This document shows, piece after piece, positions 30,101 through 38,863 of a stretch of DNA of 64,000 nt. Position 1 is the stretch's first letter; each line of letters starts with the position of its first letter. The notes below the pieces were generated by a model that did not search any database, was not told the origin of the DNA, and saw nothing but the letters and a program-made list of their open reading frames with translations. The stretch comes from Ginglymostoma cirratum (taxonomy: Eukaryota): the NCBI GenBank assembly GCA_024137785.1, contig JAHRHZ010000062.1, positions 25,584,533-25,648,532 on the forward strand. The letters are read 5' to 3'. A program made the translations under genes and the position numbers.

Positions 30101-33100
30101 ATGAAGCTCAAGTTCTTGTGGAAGGATGTTTTGAGGTTACCTAATAGTTAAATGAATGAACAAACAAACAAATCTAGTTAGGAATCCTGGATTGTTTGAG
30201 ATAATCCAGAATTAATATAAAAATATTAACAATGCCGATTTCAACCACCTTGGCTTGATGATGAACATCTAAGTTACATCCAAGAATGAAATCCAGGTTA
30301 CATCAGCTAGAGTTAGAAGCATGACAAAATTACATAAGTAGTATCTTAAATCCAAATGCATCAACATGATGCTGAAAAAGATCTTGCAGTCAATAGTGCA
30401 AAACATTGCACTCTAAGGGATGTGAAAGGTTGATTCTGAAGAAAGAAGACGAGAGGAAGATAACAGCTTTTGAAATGTGTGGCAGAGGATACTCAGTCAG
30501 TTGGAAGGATACAAAGAAAAGTGATTGAGTTAGATCAAGAGTAGAAGTTCAAAAATCTAAAAGGGCTGTTAATCAGAATTAGAGGGAGAAAGATTGACAA
30601 GTACAGACTTTGGAAACAAAGACACTGCGGCCCTGAACTGAAGCAACTGGAGAAATTAAGCAAACAAAAAAGAAAGGCAAAGAAGAAAGGCTGAATAGAT
30701 GGCTGCTGTTGAAACATGAGGGAAGACTGAACAAAGGCAGAGAGGAAGCAAGACGTTAATCAATATTTGCGGTAACATTATGATGAAAATGAACCAGTAA
30801 TTAACAACAAGGCATTGTCCCAGCTTAGATGGTATACTGGCAATATTGACCAAGTTCTAAAAGGTATGGGACCAGATTTTGCTGCTGTGCGGAATTTTAA
30901 AGCATTTCAAAGACAAGTTTGCTGAGGTATGATCAGAAAACAATGCTGCAAAGAAAGAGTAACTGGGATATTAGTCCAAAGCAGAACAAACACCTTATTT
31001 CTCTAAACAATGAGAATTAAGGATTGAGAACAAAGTGAGAAAGGACAAGGAAGGAACATGAAACAGCCTGGGTTAATTGAGTGTCAAATCAAGTTAAGGA
31101 AGAAAGGTTTGATACAGAAAGGTAGGACTTATACAGTAAATCCTGTAGATCCTCAGGAGTGTTGTGGAACAGAAGGGTCTAGGAGTACAGGTACATAGTT
31201 TGTTGAAAGTGGCGTCACAGGTGGACAGGGTGGTGAAGAAGGCATTTAGCATGCTGGCCTTCATCGGTCAAGGCACTGAATGTGGGAGTTGGGAGCTCAT
31301 GTTACAGTTGTGTGAGTTGTTGGTGAGGCCGCACTTGAAGTACATAAGTACTTAACTTCCGTACAGTTTTGGTCTCCCTGTTATAGGAAAGACATAGTTA
31401 AACTTGCAAGTGCAAAAAGAAGATCTACAAGGATGTTACCAAGACTAGTAGGCCTGAGTTACAGGGAGAAGTTGGCCAGGATAGGACTTTATTCTTTGGA
31501 ACATAGGAGAATGAGGGGCACAGATAGGATGAACGCATATAGTCTTTTTCAACTAGAGGGTATAGGTTTAAGGTGAGAGGGGAAAGATTTAAGAAGGGCC
31601 TGAGGAGCAACTTCTTCATACAGAGACTGGTGTGTACATAGAATGGGCTGCCAGAGAAAGCAGTTGAGCCAGGTACAATAGCAACATTTAAAAAGCATTT
31701 GGATAGGTACATGGACCAAATGCGGACAATTGGAACTAGCTGAGTGGGCACCATGGTCAGCATGGACCAGTTTGAGCCAAAGGGCCTGTTTCCATGCTGT
31801 ATGACTCCATGACTCTATGACACTAAAGCATCTGAAAAGATAGAAAAACAAAGGCAAAAACATTAAGATTTAAAATTTTAAAAACAACCTAAAATAACTA
31901 TTCACAATCAGAAGGAATGAGAGATCACACTAATGAGTGCCCACTTACTAGGGCAGACAGCTTAATTGCCAGTCCTTAACAATAATCTTACTGTTAAAAT
32001 CTACTTATGCTGATTATTAGAATTAACTTTCTGTGGTAAATTTAACAGATAATTAGTATTTAAGCACAGCAAATTCATGGAAATCATGAGAAGGTTAGCA
32101 TTTTTACAAAACTAATCACACAGCTGGGGAAAAAAATCAACTAGCAACTTGTATTGGTTCTCAGTTCACAGGATGTAACTTCTTTGCTTCAAGTTGATGG
32201 TTAATTTACGTTTGTCAGCAAAAGCTCCCTTTTCCTTCTAAGCAAAGTATGGCCCATTGCTACAATTGCTCCTGACTATTTGGAAAGCCAACAGAAGTTA
32301 TGTACTTATGTAGGGATATAGGGCAAGTTTGAAAGGGAAGTGAAACGTTTAACCAAGCAAATGGCAATTTCTTTTCATGTAGCTAAAAAGAGAAAATCTC
32401 ATGACACACAAATTATTTTAAATGCTTTACCACTACAATAGCGCTTTTCAAAATTGTCGAGTGTCAAACTTGTGGAAAGGCAACACATCTTACACAATAG
32501 GAATTACTGAACCACTCAGGACTCTTTTGGTGATATCTTTCTTTCAAGTTTTTTCAGAAAGCTTGATAGGCTATAACTATCATCAAATATTTTGTTCAAG
32601 CATTGTTGAAAACCAAACTTGAAACTCAGTTTTGGAAAGCTGTTAATTGTGGAAAACTTTAAATCAAACTTGATACAGCCATCAAACTCCATAAGCACAA
32701 CTTTCAATAGGGTTTATTCAGTTAGTATAAATTTCAAATTATTACCAAAACAGGGGCACTGAAGTTTCAGTTTAAAAATGGACCAAATAAATCCACAATT
32801 TCAAATTTAAGCACAAATACCATTCAGTTCAAAATTCCCCTTTGCCTATTTCATCAGTGCCACTAACCGTAAACCACAGAATAATTTCAAATGACTACGT
32901 TAAACCTTCATGTGTAATAACAGAGTAAAATTTCTGTGTTCTTTTTGTAGCTGCATTTTCTAACATAAACCAGGCTTCATGTACAAGTTCACGAAAACAT
33001 TAAACATACCTTTGACAGTCAGTTGGGCTTCCAGTTTTAAATCCTTATTAAGTGATTGGTGTTTTACATAGCAGATATAAATATTGCCACTGTCTTCAAG

Positions 33101-36100
33101 GGTTGGTCTCAACCTCAATCGGCTGGAAACGCTGTAGGTTCCATTTTCATGTTGAATTGGGGATCCTGTGCAGATGTGTTTTGAAAGCATTTGTTCCTCG
33201 TTTTTTGTTTTCTGTATCCAGCCCATCTCAATTGAGACAGGATAAAAATCAACACTGTCACATTTCACTGATTTCTCCGTACCATGTTCAATTGTGATTG
33301 CAGTTGAAGATAAGCTTACCTTGGGCAGGGCTGCAAATAACAATATATCAGATGTTTAATATTTGACGTAAGTATTCACCTGTTCACATCCTCTGGTTAT
33401 GTAATGATTGCACAGATTGAAATGTCTGGTGTTCAAAATATCCTTTCCTCACAGCTGTCCTCTCTCACTGCTCCTTTTATTCCTGTTGCTTCATGGTCCC
33501 ATACAACTTTGTCACCGGTCTGTCTGCTCTCAAAGGCTGGTGACAGGCTGTTGACTGATGTATTCTGTTTTGGATACTCCAGTTTGCTCCAAAAAGTAAG
33601 ATTTTCAAGAGATAACTATGCTTTATTAAAATTAATATTTTAGGAGACATGGTGGCCCACTAGAATTGAAAAGTATCGATGTACTGGGTTCTGTTCTAAT
33701 ACATGCTTTGGTTGTGCTGTCACCTGCCCTTTTGCAATGCTGTATACTTATCTCATCAAAAACCTCCTGCAATCAGGATGAAGGCTGAACACACAAGTGT
33801 TGCTCCAGCTGTCAACATTGCACATTTCTAGCCTTGTAGCTAGCCATGCTGTGCTGTCTGTAATTCATACATCTTAACTGTTCTGAAAAAGCCAACTACT
33901 TACTAACTGACAAAGGTTTCAGTTCACATCTCCTTTGTCACTAACTTCTCCAAGATCAATTTTGAGAACAAACATATTTGTGTTGTTTGACTGCCCTTCT
34001 TTCATAGTCCATCACAAAGTAGTCCTGTGGATCTGAACGCATTATCTAGAGGCAGAGAAAACAGGAATAGAGAAGGCAACTAATGACTTGTTTCATTGAG
34101 CAAGTGGTCCTTCAGCTTCCCGGTCACTAGAGACCAATAACTTAATGTTCTGATAAACATACCATGGCCTGACTGGCATGGGACTTCTGCCTAATAGCAA
34201 CACAGTCTAACCAATATCTAATGCCTGTCAAGCAGCAGCAAAGTGAATTCCTTCTTTGCTCAACTGGGGGCAGATGACACATTATGGTCTAGCAAGCATT
34301 AAGCATACTCACATCTACAGCTACAACTTTGTCAAAGCTCAATATTGCATGGCTCAAACAAAAACCCCAACAGCCATGACTGTGGCCAATGTGCTACATG
34401 CGGCAAATACAATGGACAGCACTGCACTAGATTGCTCATAGTCAATGATACCATCTGCACACAACTATTTTCATTTTAAATTTAATGCACTCACAATTCA
34501 GCAGACAATAAGAATCAGGTAGTGGCTCTTACCTGAAACAGTCATTGATGACTTTCCACTTCCATTGTCTGGGGTTATGAAAACAACACAAGTGTAGTCT
34601 CCCGCTTCAGAAAATTGCACACTTGGAAGAAAAAGGGAAGCTATTCCTTTCTTCAAATGATCATCAACAATTGTGGCTCCTTTTCTGTATGGTATATGTT
34701 TGCCAGCAATGAATTGATAAACCTCTCGTTTCTCTGTATCTAGAGAGCCTGATTTTTGGTAGAACCAGTGGACTCCCATGTTTTGAAGGTCAATTTCTCT
34801 TCTGAAGTCAGAAACTTGGCACTCCAGAACAACATCTTCATTTACAGTGGCTTTCACAATTCCTGAATTCATCGACACAATTAGGTTACCTTGTTCTGCA
34901 ACAATCAAGATCAAAATTATCAGTATAGATAATTCATCCAGCAGCCCAACTATTTTGATAAAGATGCTATCAGAACAATATATATCTTGAACATTAAGTC
35001 CTGAATCGACTGAAGTATTGCTATCATTTCAACAATTCCATCAACATCCTGCATTTGTGGAACACCTTCGACAACAATAATGCACCAAGCATTGCAGGAA
35101 AAAAAACACTAGAAGTTCAATGCTCAGCCAAAACAGGAGCCTAGATGATGTCAAAAGATTGTATGAAGGTCTTCATAAAACAAATGAGGCCCAAGTGGTG
35201 TATTCTAATGTCATTGGACTAGTAACTCAAAACCGAGATATGGGCATATCTGGCTATGCTAGAATTATTTGCCTAGAATTATTTGTCACCAGACCTGAAA
35301 CGTTAACTCTGTTTTCTCCTCCACAGATGCTGGCAGACCTGCTGAGCTTTTCCAGCAACTTTGTTTTTGATTTACAGCATCTGCAGTTCTTTTGGTTTTT
35401 ATCTGCGTAAAAGGGTTCAACTTCCATCAGTGCAGATGGTCCAATCTGAATTTCAATAGAAGGAGGAATTAAAAAATAGCTCTACAATAAAATTCAACCA
35501 CTGCTAATAACTGTGAAAAAACACACTGGCTCATTAATGTCATCTAAGGAAGGATGCTGCTGTTTTTACTTGCTCTGGCCTACATGCGACTCCAGACACA
35601 GAGCAACTCTCAAATAGGCAAATAATTCTAGCCTAGCCAGATATGCCCATATCTCAAGGATAAAATTTAAAACAAAGGTATAGATAAAAACGTGGAAGTA
35701 GACGGTCTTTGGCATGAAGAGAAAATGAGGTCAGAATTCCAACTTGGGATCAAACAGGACACTGCAATTGTAAATAGGATGGCTGAAACTGAGAGAATCC
35801 AACTAAGATAAAGGTGCCTATACTGCAGTGGGGGCATGGGGGCATGATTTTCAGTTTAAAGAAATTTCAACCTGTTTTTGATTGAACTGGATGTCAGACA
35901 AGCAAGCTGAGGGAAAGTGGCAGAGTTTGAAGGGAGGTGGTGGTGGTGGTGTCAAGCTGGGTGTGATTGGTGTACATGTAGACAAAGATAGTATGTCTTC
36001 ATTATATATCACCTCGGCACCATATAGTTGAAAATAAGGTTAGACCAAGGATAACTCCTCAAATATCTCCAGGGGCAAAGTTGGACAGATGTCATGACTT

Positions 36101-38155
36101 TTATAGCCATTTTGAGAAGAGAACATTGGCAACAAACATTTCCTGATCAGCATAAAGATGCTAGGTGCTTAGATACGAAGGGTAGCTGCTTTCCCTATTT
36201 CCATCTGTGTTCCAAAGAAAAGTATCTAGTGACAAAGCAGCACTTGGTGAAAATTATACCTGCTGGAAATTGTAACATTATCAACATAATATTTGCCCGT
36301 CAAAACTGGGGGCTTCCACAAGCAGTGAATACATTGTTTTGGAAAGGGTGCAGAGGAGATTTACCAGGATGTTGCCTGGTATGGAGGGAAGGTCTTATGA
36401 GGAAAGGCTGAGGGACTTGAGGCTGTTTTCATCAGAGAGAAGAAGGTTAAGAGGTGACTTAATAAAGACATACAAAATTATCAGAGGATTAGGTAGGGTG
36501 GACAGTGAGAGCCTTTTTCCTCGGATGGTGATGGCTAGCACGAGGGGACATAGCTTTAAATTGAGGGGTGATAGATATAGGACAGATGTCAGAGGTAGAT
36601 TCTTTACTCAGAGAGTAGTAAGGGCATGGAATGCCTTGCCTGCAACAGTAGTAGACTCGCCAACTTTAAGGGCATTTACATAGTCATTGGATAAACATAT
36701 GGATGATAATGGAATAGTGTAGGTTAGATGGGCTTCAGATTGGTTTCACAGGTCGGCACAACATCGAGGGCCGAAGGGCCTGTACTGCGCTGTAATGCTC
36801 TATGTTCTATGAAGAGAAAATTAAAAGAAAGCAAGCAATAGAAATAAGATATTCACACAACTCATTAAATTGGCTGCCTTGCATTTTCATGTTGTTTAGC
36901 TAAGGAGAGAGGCTGCAGGAACTCAGGTTATTACCACTGCTGCAGGGAAGGCTGAAAGGAGACCTAAGCGAGATATGTAAGATTGTGCGGGACAAGGACA
37001 GGGTGAACAGAAAGCAGCCATTGCCCTTAGTTAAAAGGTCAATAATAAGGGGGTGTGATTTTAAGGTGACAGACAGGAGGCTTAGAGGGAGTTTGGAGGT
37101 ATTTTCTCTCACCCGGAGGGTGGTGGAAATCTGGAATGCACTGCACGGCAAGGTAGTTGAGTTGGGAAACCTCAAAAGTCTTTAAAAGGTACATGGATAA
37201 GCTCTTGAAATGTCATAACATTGAAGGCTGGGGGCCAAGTGATGGTTTGGGGAACTAGTGTAGACTTAGAGTAGTCTTTCTTTGGTGCAGACTCCATGGA
37301 TCTCTAGTGTACAGTATGATTCCACAACCCTGTATTAAAGCAGGCTGTGCCCAGTTAGCTGATGGGGCACTGGGTCAGAACCTCAGATCAGGAGCTATGG
37401 AGTGAGACCAAGATCCTACCAGTGGTCAGTGCCCAGCTGTCCAACAGCCCGTGCATGGCAGAATAACGACATATATTTTTGAAAGGGATAGCAGGAACTG
37501 CCGATGCTGAAGAATCTGAGATAATAAGGTGTAGAGCTGGATGAACACAGCAGGCCAAGCAGCATTAGAGGCGCAGGAAAGCTAACGTTTCAGGTCTGGA
37601 CCCTTCTTCAGAAAGAAAGCCCTTTTTCTGCAGAAGGATCTCGACCCGAAACGTCAGCTTTCCTGCACCTCTGATGCAGCTTGGCCTGCTGTGTTCATCC
37701 AGCTCTACACCGTGTTATATCATATATTTCTGAAACACGTTATTCAAACTAATGTCATTTCCGTAACGAAAGTAGAAGCAAAATAGGTACAATTGTATTT
37801 TAAAAAGCGCAGAAATGCTGAAGGTCACTGGCCCCGAAACATTAATTCTGTTTTCTCTCTCCAGATGGTGAATTTCTGAGTTTCTCCAGCTCGACGAAGA
37901 ATTTAGGCTTTATTTAGCCAATTTCAAAACAAAACATATTAAATAGAGGCCTTGGATAGGAAATGCCCATCTCATGTTTTACACCCGGAGAAAATTCACG
38001 GGCAAAGTACAAAGGCGGAACTTTTGCACGCAGCATTCCCGAAGCCGGCCGAATGGCCGCTCCCCCTATCCCCGACCTTTACCTGAGTGCGGTACCAGGG
38101 TCAGCAGCACTAACACCAGGACCTGAGGCAGCAGCGAGCTCCTCACCGGGCCCAT
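5789..38155 (-). CDS. Gene A (spliced, 10 exons, ~980 aa): B7-H6/NCR3LG1-like type I membrane protein, SP-IgV-IgC1-TM followed by six C1-like Ig domains
   Basis: Exons 38155-38083, 34895-34533, 33330-33010, 25017-24901, 23676-23248, 20426-20049, 19044-18733, 14524-14201, 7287-6976, 6102-5789. All introns are GT..AG and phase 1; lengths 73+363+321+117+429+378+312+324+312+314 = 2943 nt give one open frame ending TAA. The V and first C1 resemble human B7-H6 from recall. No symbol given because orthology is untested. Confidence 0.85.
6976..7287 (-). CDS. Gene A exon 9: post-TM C1-like domain 5
   Basis: Acceptor tttccaaacag|GA, donor CCAG|GTGTG, 312 nt; extends ORF 6878..7168 upstream. GIPVVSDI..LVLKCHVKNF..ARW..SGYYQLFSSMELTP..IVFEVMH; F-strand Cys replaced by Phe. 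Confidence 0.88.
7560..8500 (-). mobile_element. Degraded CR1 ORF1 remnant (Zn-finger/zipper + SGNH-esterase-like)
   Basis: HIC..C..ELDCELWTLRHIK (8268..8477) and IQDIFSGLERNL..IVVVHICVN (7808..8017) resemble shark CR1 ORF1p. Confidence 0.6.
9678..9912. repeat. Palindromic repeat (second subfamily, GCTGGAAAAGCTCAGCAGG type)
   Basis: Arms GAAGTTGCTGGAAAAGCTCAG..TTCCTCAG / CTGAGGAA..CTGAGCTTTTCCAGCAACTTC. Related copies or half copies near 1055-1150, 5380-5610, 12415-12510, 35290-35400, 59000-59225 and 63251-63445. Confidence 0.75.
9930..10247 (+). mobile_element. CR1 3' end
   Basis: FKVRG..FFTQRVDCMWNKLPEEVV remnant and CR1 3' UTR ending CATGCTGTATGACTATG. Confidence 0.75.
10520..12170 (-). 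mobile_element. Old degraded CR1 fragments
   Basis: Degenerate 3' UTR and RT remnants (e.g. minus-strand YSPVSMMS near 11870); boundaries approximate. Confidence 0.55.
14201..14524 (-). CDS. Gene A exon 8: post-TM C1-like domain 4
   Basis: Acceptor ttctgttattacag|TG, donor GGAG|GTATG, 324 nt. ATIICHAYGFFP..MWF..EFKVEVLH; F-strand Cys replaced by Val. Confidence 0.9.
14700..15150 (-). mobile_element. Degraded CR1 3' fragment
   Basis: Minus strand FFTQRVVRLS-type remnant and CR1-type 3' UTR. Confidence 0.6.
16190..17230. mobile_element. Two abutting degraded CR1 fragments (+ about 16190-16890, - about 16890-17230)
   Basis: ORF 16991..17179 LGLHVHRSLKA..RGIEYRNRE (minus); plus-strand YEDRLSRMGLYSL at 16449. 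Confidence 0.65.
18733..19044 (-). CDS. Gene A exon 7: post-TM C1 domain 3
   Basis: Acceptor tttttttccacag|CT, donor TTAG|GTAAGT, 312 nt. ASCRIYSFFP..VIW..DGLYYFTSRF..LTCEFQHES; both Cys present. Confidence 0.9.
20049..20426 (-). CDS. Gene A exon 6: post-TM C1 domain 2
   Basis: Acceptor aaacaaag|TT (weaker pyrimidine tract), donor ACAG|GTACT, 378 nt. VTCPITGFKP..ITW..YICEVTHP; both Cys present. Confidence 0.87.
22735..23010 (+). mobile_element. CR1 3' fragment
   Basis: LNRLGL..TRGH..FTQRVACVWNELPEEVV. Confidence 0.7.
23248..23676 (-). CDS. Gene A exon 5: post-TM C1-like domain 1 with long polar insertion
   Basis: Acceptor tcttttatag|TT, donor GGAA|GTAAGT, 429 nt. VPPKVS..LMNCQISGYRP..IRW..NNDGS..ILQVQVHH; the F-strand Cys is replaced. 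Confidence 0.87.
24901..25017 (-). CDS. Gene A exon 4: transmembrane exon EPEVVVPVGIITGCVILSILACTAIAGIGFFVYLKYLKK
   Basis: Acceptor ttttacctacag|AG, donor AAAG|GTAAC, 117 nt, phase 1/1. Long hydrophobic run followed by basic stop-transfer KYLKK. Confidence 0.88.
25530..25860 (-). mobile_element. tRNA-derived HE1-type SINE
   Basis: Minus GGCACGGTGACTCAGCGGTTAGCACTGCTGCCTCACAGCACCAGGGAC..GGTTCGATT, V-type core, tail GATTCTATGATTCT. Confidence 0.85.
26190..29410 (+). mobile_element. Old, heavily degraded long CR1 copy (ORF1 esterase, endonuclease and RT remnants)
   Basis: Scattered CR1 remnants (QPEVV-type ORF1 segment near 26300, EHLVDSD near 27390, VEIAEVLAIIFQ at 28085, QHGF at 28293, 3' end near 29300); no intact ORF; boundaries approximate. 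Confidence 0.65.
31115..31822 (+). mobile_element. CR1 3' fragment
   Basis: ORF 31164..31355 LGVQVHSLLKVASQVDRVVKKA..LVRPHL; tail ATGACTCCATGACTCTATGA. Confidence 0.85.
33010..33330 (-). CDS. Gene A exon 3: extracellular IgC1 domain
   Basis: Acceptor tttgcag|CC, donor AAAG|GTATG, 321 nt. C1 hallmarks C..DFYP..W..NGTYSVSSRL..YICYVKH; both Cys present; NGT sequon; ICTGSPIQHENGTY resembles B7-H6 VITGPTIKNMDGTF. Confidence 0.92.
34533..34895 (-). CDS. Gene A exon 2: IgV domain, B7-H6-like
   Basis: Acceptor ttgattgttgcag|AA, donor TCAG|GTAAG, 363 nt. DVVLEC..MGVHWF..REVYQF..YRKGATI..LKKGIASLFLPSVQFSEAGDYTCVVFITP parallels recalled B7-H6 ([52 protein letters not shown]). Both Cys and the Trp are present. 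Confidence 0.92.
36336..36811 (+). mobile_element. CR1 LINE 3' end
   Basis: ORF 36339..36683 LERVQRRFTRM..RGRFFTQRVV; tail CTCTATGTTCTATG. Confidence 0.9.
36895..37330 (+). mobile_element. Degraded CR1 3' fragment
   Basis: LQELRL..LKGDL..TRRVVEIWNAL remnants. Confidence 0.7.
37488..37720. repeat. Penelope-derived palindromic repeat
   Basis: GATAATAAGGTGTAGAGCTGGATGAACACAGCAGGCCAAGC ... GCTTGGCCTGCTGTGTTCATCCAGCTCTACACCGTGTTAT inverted arms of about 90 bp. Confidence 0.8.
38083..38155 (-). CDS. Gene A exon 1: signal peptide MGPVRSSLLPQVLVLVLLTLVPHS
   Basis: Not in the ORF track. ATG in strong Kozak context (gccATGG), 24 codons + 1 nt, hydrophobic core VLVLVLLTLV, donor TCAG|GTAAAG, inside the only CpG-rich patch of the window. 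Confidence 0.85.
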
Positions 38156-38242
38156 GGCCCCTCTTTCTCTCTCTGTGTCCCGATCCCGCGCTTCTCTCGC
38201 TGTAAACCCTACAACACGAACCGGCAGCTTCCGCTCCGCCGG

Positions 38243-38254
38243 AGTTTCACTTTC
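38243..38254. promoter_or_regulatory. ISRE / IRF-binding element
   Basis: AGTTTCACTTTC (minus strand GAAAGTGAAACT) matches the ISRE consensus AGTTTCNNTTTC exactly, 88 bp upstream of the ATG. Confidence 0.7.
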
Positions 38255-38863
38255 ACCGAGTTACGTCCGGGTTTGGGCGGAGCTGACTGTCCAATTTCCA
38301 CCGCTGGAGGGGGAGGGGGAGGGGGAGGGGAGGGTGTAGCGATTGCAGAGTCAGCTTGGTGAAGGTGGATCCAGTCCCGAAACTGAGCACCCATATTAAT
38401 CATTGTATAACATAATATCTGTTTTAATAAGAAAATATACAAGCTCATTAGAACTTGTCTTGGGTACGACTACTGAAATTAAATCTATTAAATCAAAACG
38501 CCCCAACCAGAACAACCTAAAAACGTAGAGATAGCAAGAACTGCCCAGTTAGTTGGTGGGGCACTGGGTCCGAACCTCAGATTAGGAGCCATGGAGGGAG
38601 ACCAAGATCCTACCAGTGGTCAGTGCCCAGCTGTCAAACAGCCCGCGCTGGAGTCAGAGATAACAAGGTGTGGAGCTGGAGGTACACAGCCGACCAGGCA
38701 GCATCAGAGGAGCAGGAAAGTTGACGTTTTGGGTTGGGATCCTTCTCCCGACCGGAAAGGTCAACTTTCCTGCTCCTCTGATGCTGCCTGGTCTGCTGTG
38801 TTCCTCCAGGTCCACAATGTGTTATCTAAAAACGTAGACGTCCTTCAAACCTCAATTGCGTCA

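Larger units (their letters stand above)
37980..38340 (-). promoter_or_regulatory. CpG-rich promoter / first-exon region of gene A
   Basis: Visibly CpG-dense patch in an AT-rich window, spanning exon 1. Contains an ETS-like CGGAAG (38228-38233), ISRE (38243-38254), GC box GGGCGG (38275-38280), CCAAT (38291-38295) and a G-run tract (38306-38334). Confidence 0.7.

Noticed and set aside
5789-34895. Immunoglobulin heavy chain (IgW/IgNAR), TCR or MHC locus
   Set aside because: The V exon is a complete non-rearranging domain spliced directly to C1; I saw no RSS, D or J segments; the TM lies before most C1 domains; no MHC alpha1/alpha2 exons; V residues fit B7-H6.
35235-35655. ~40-bp inverted repeat (35235-35276 versus 35615-35655)
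   Set aside because: Appears to be part of a common interspersed shark repeat (related pieces near 18000-18190 and 40150-40310); no locus-specific meaning evident.
37959-37968. NF-kB-like GGAAATGCCC in intron 1
   Set aside because: One mismatch to the consensus; likely by chance.
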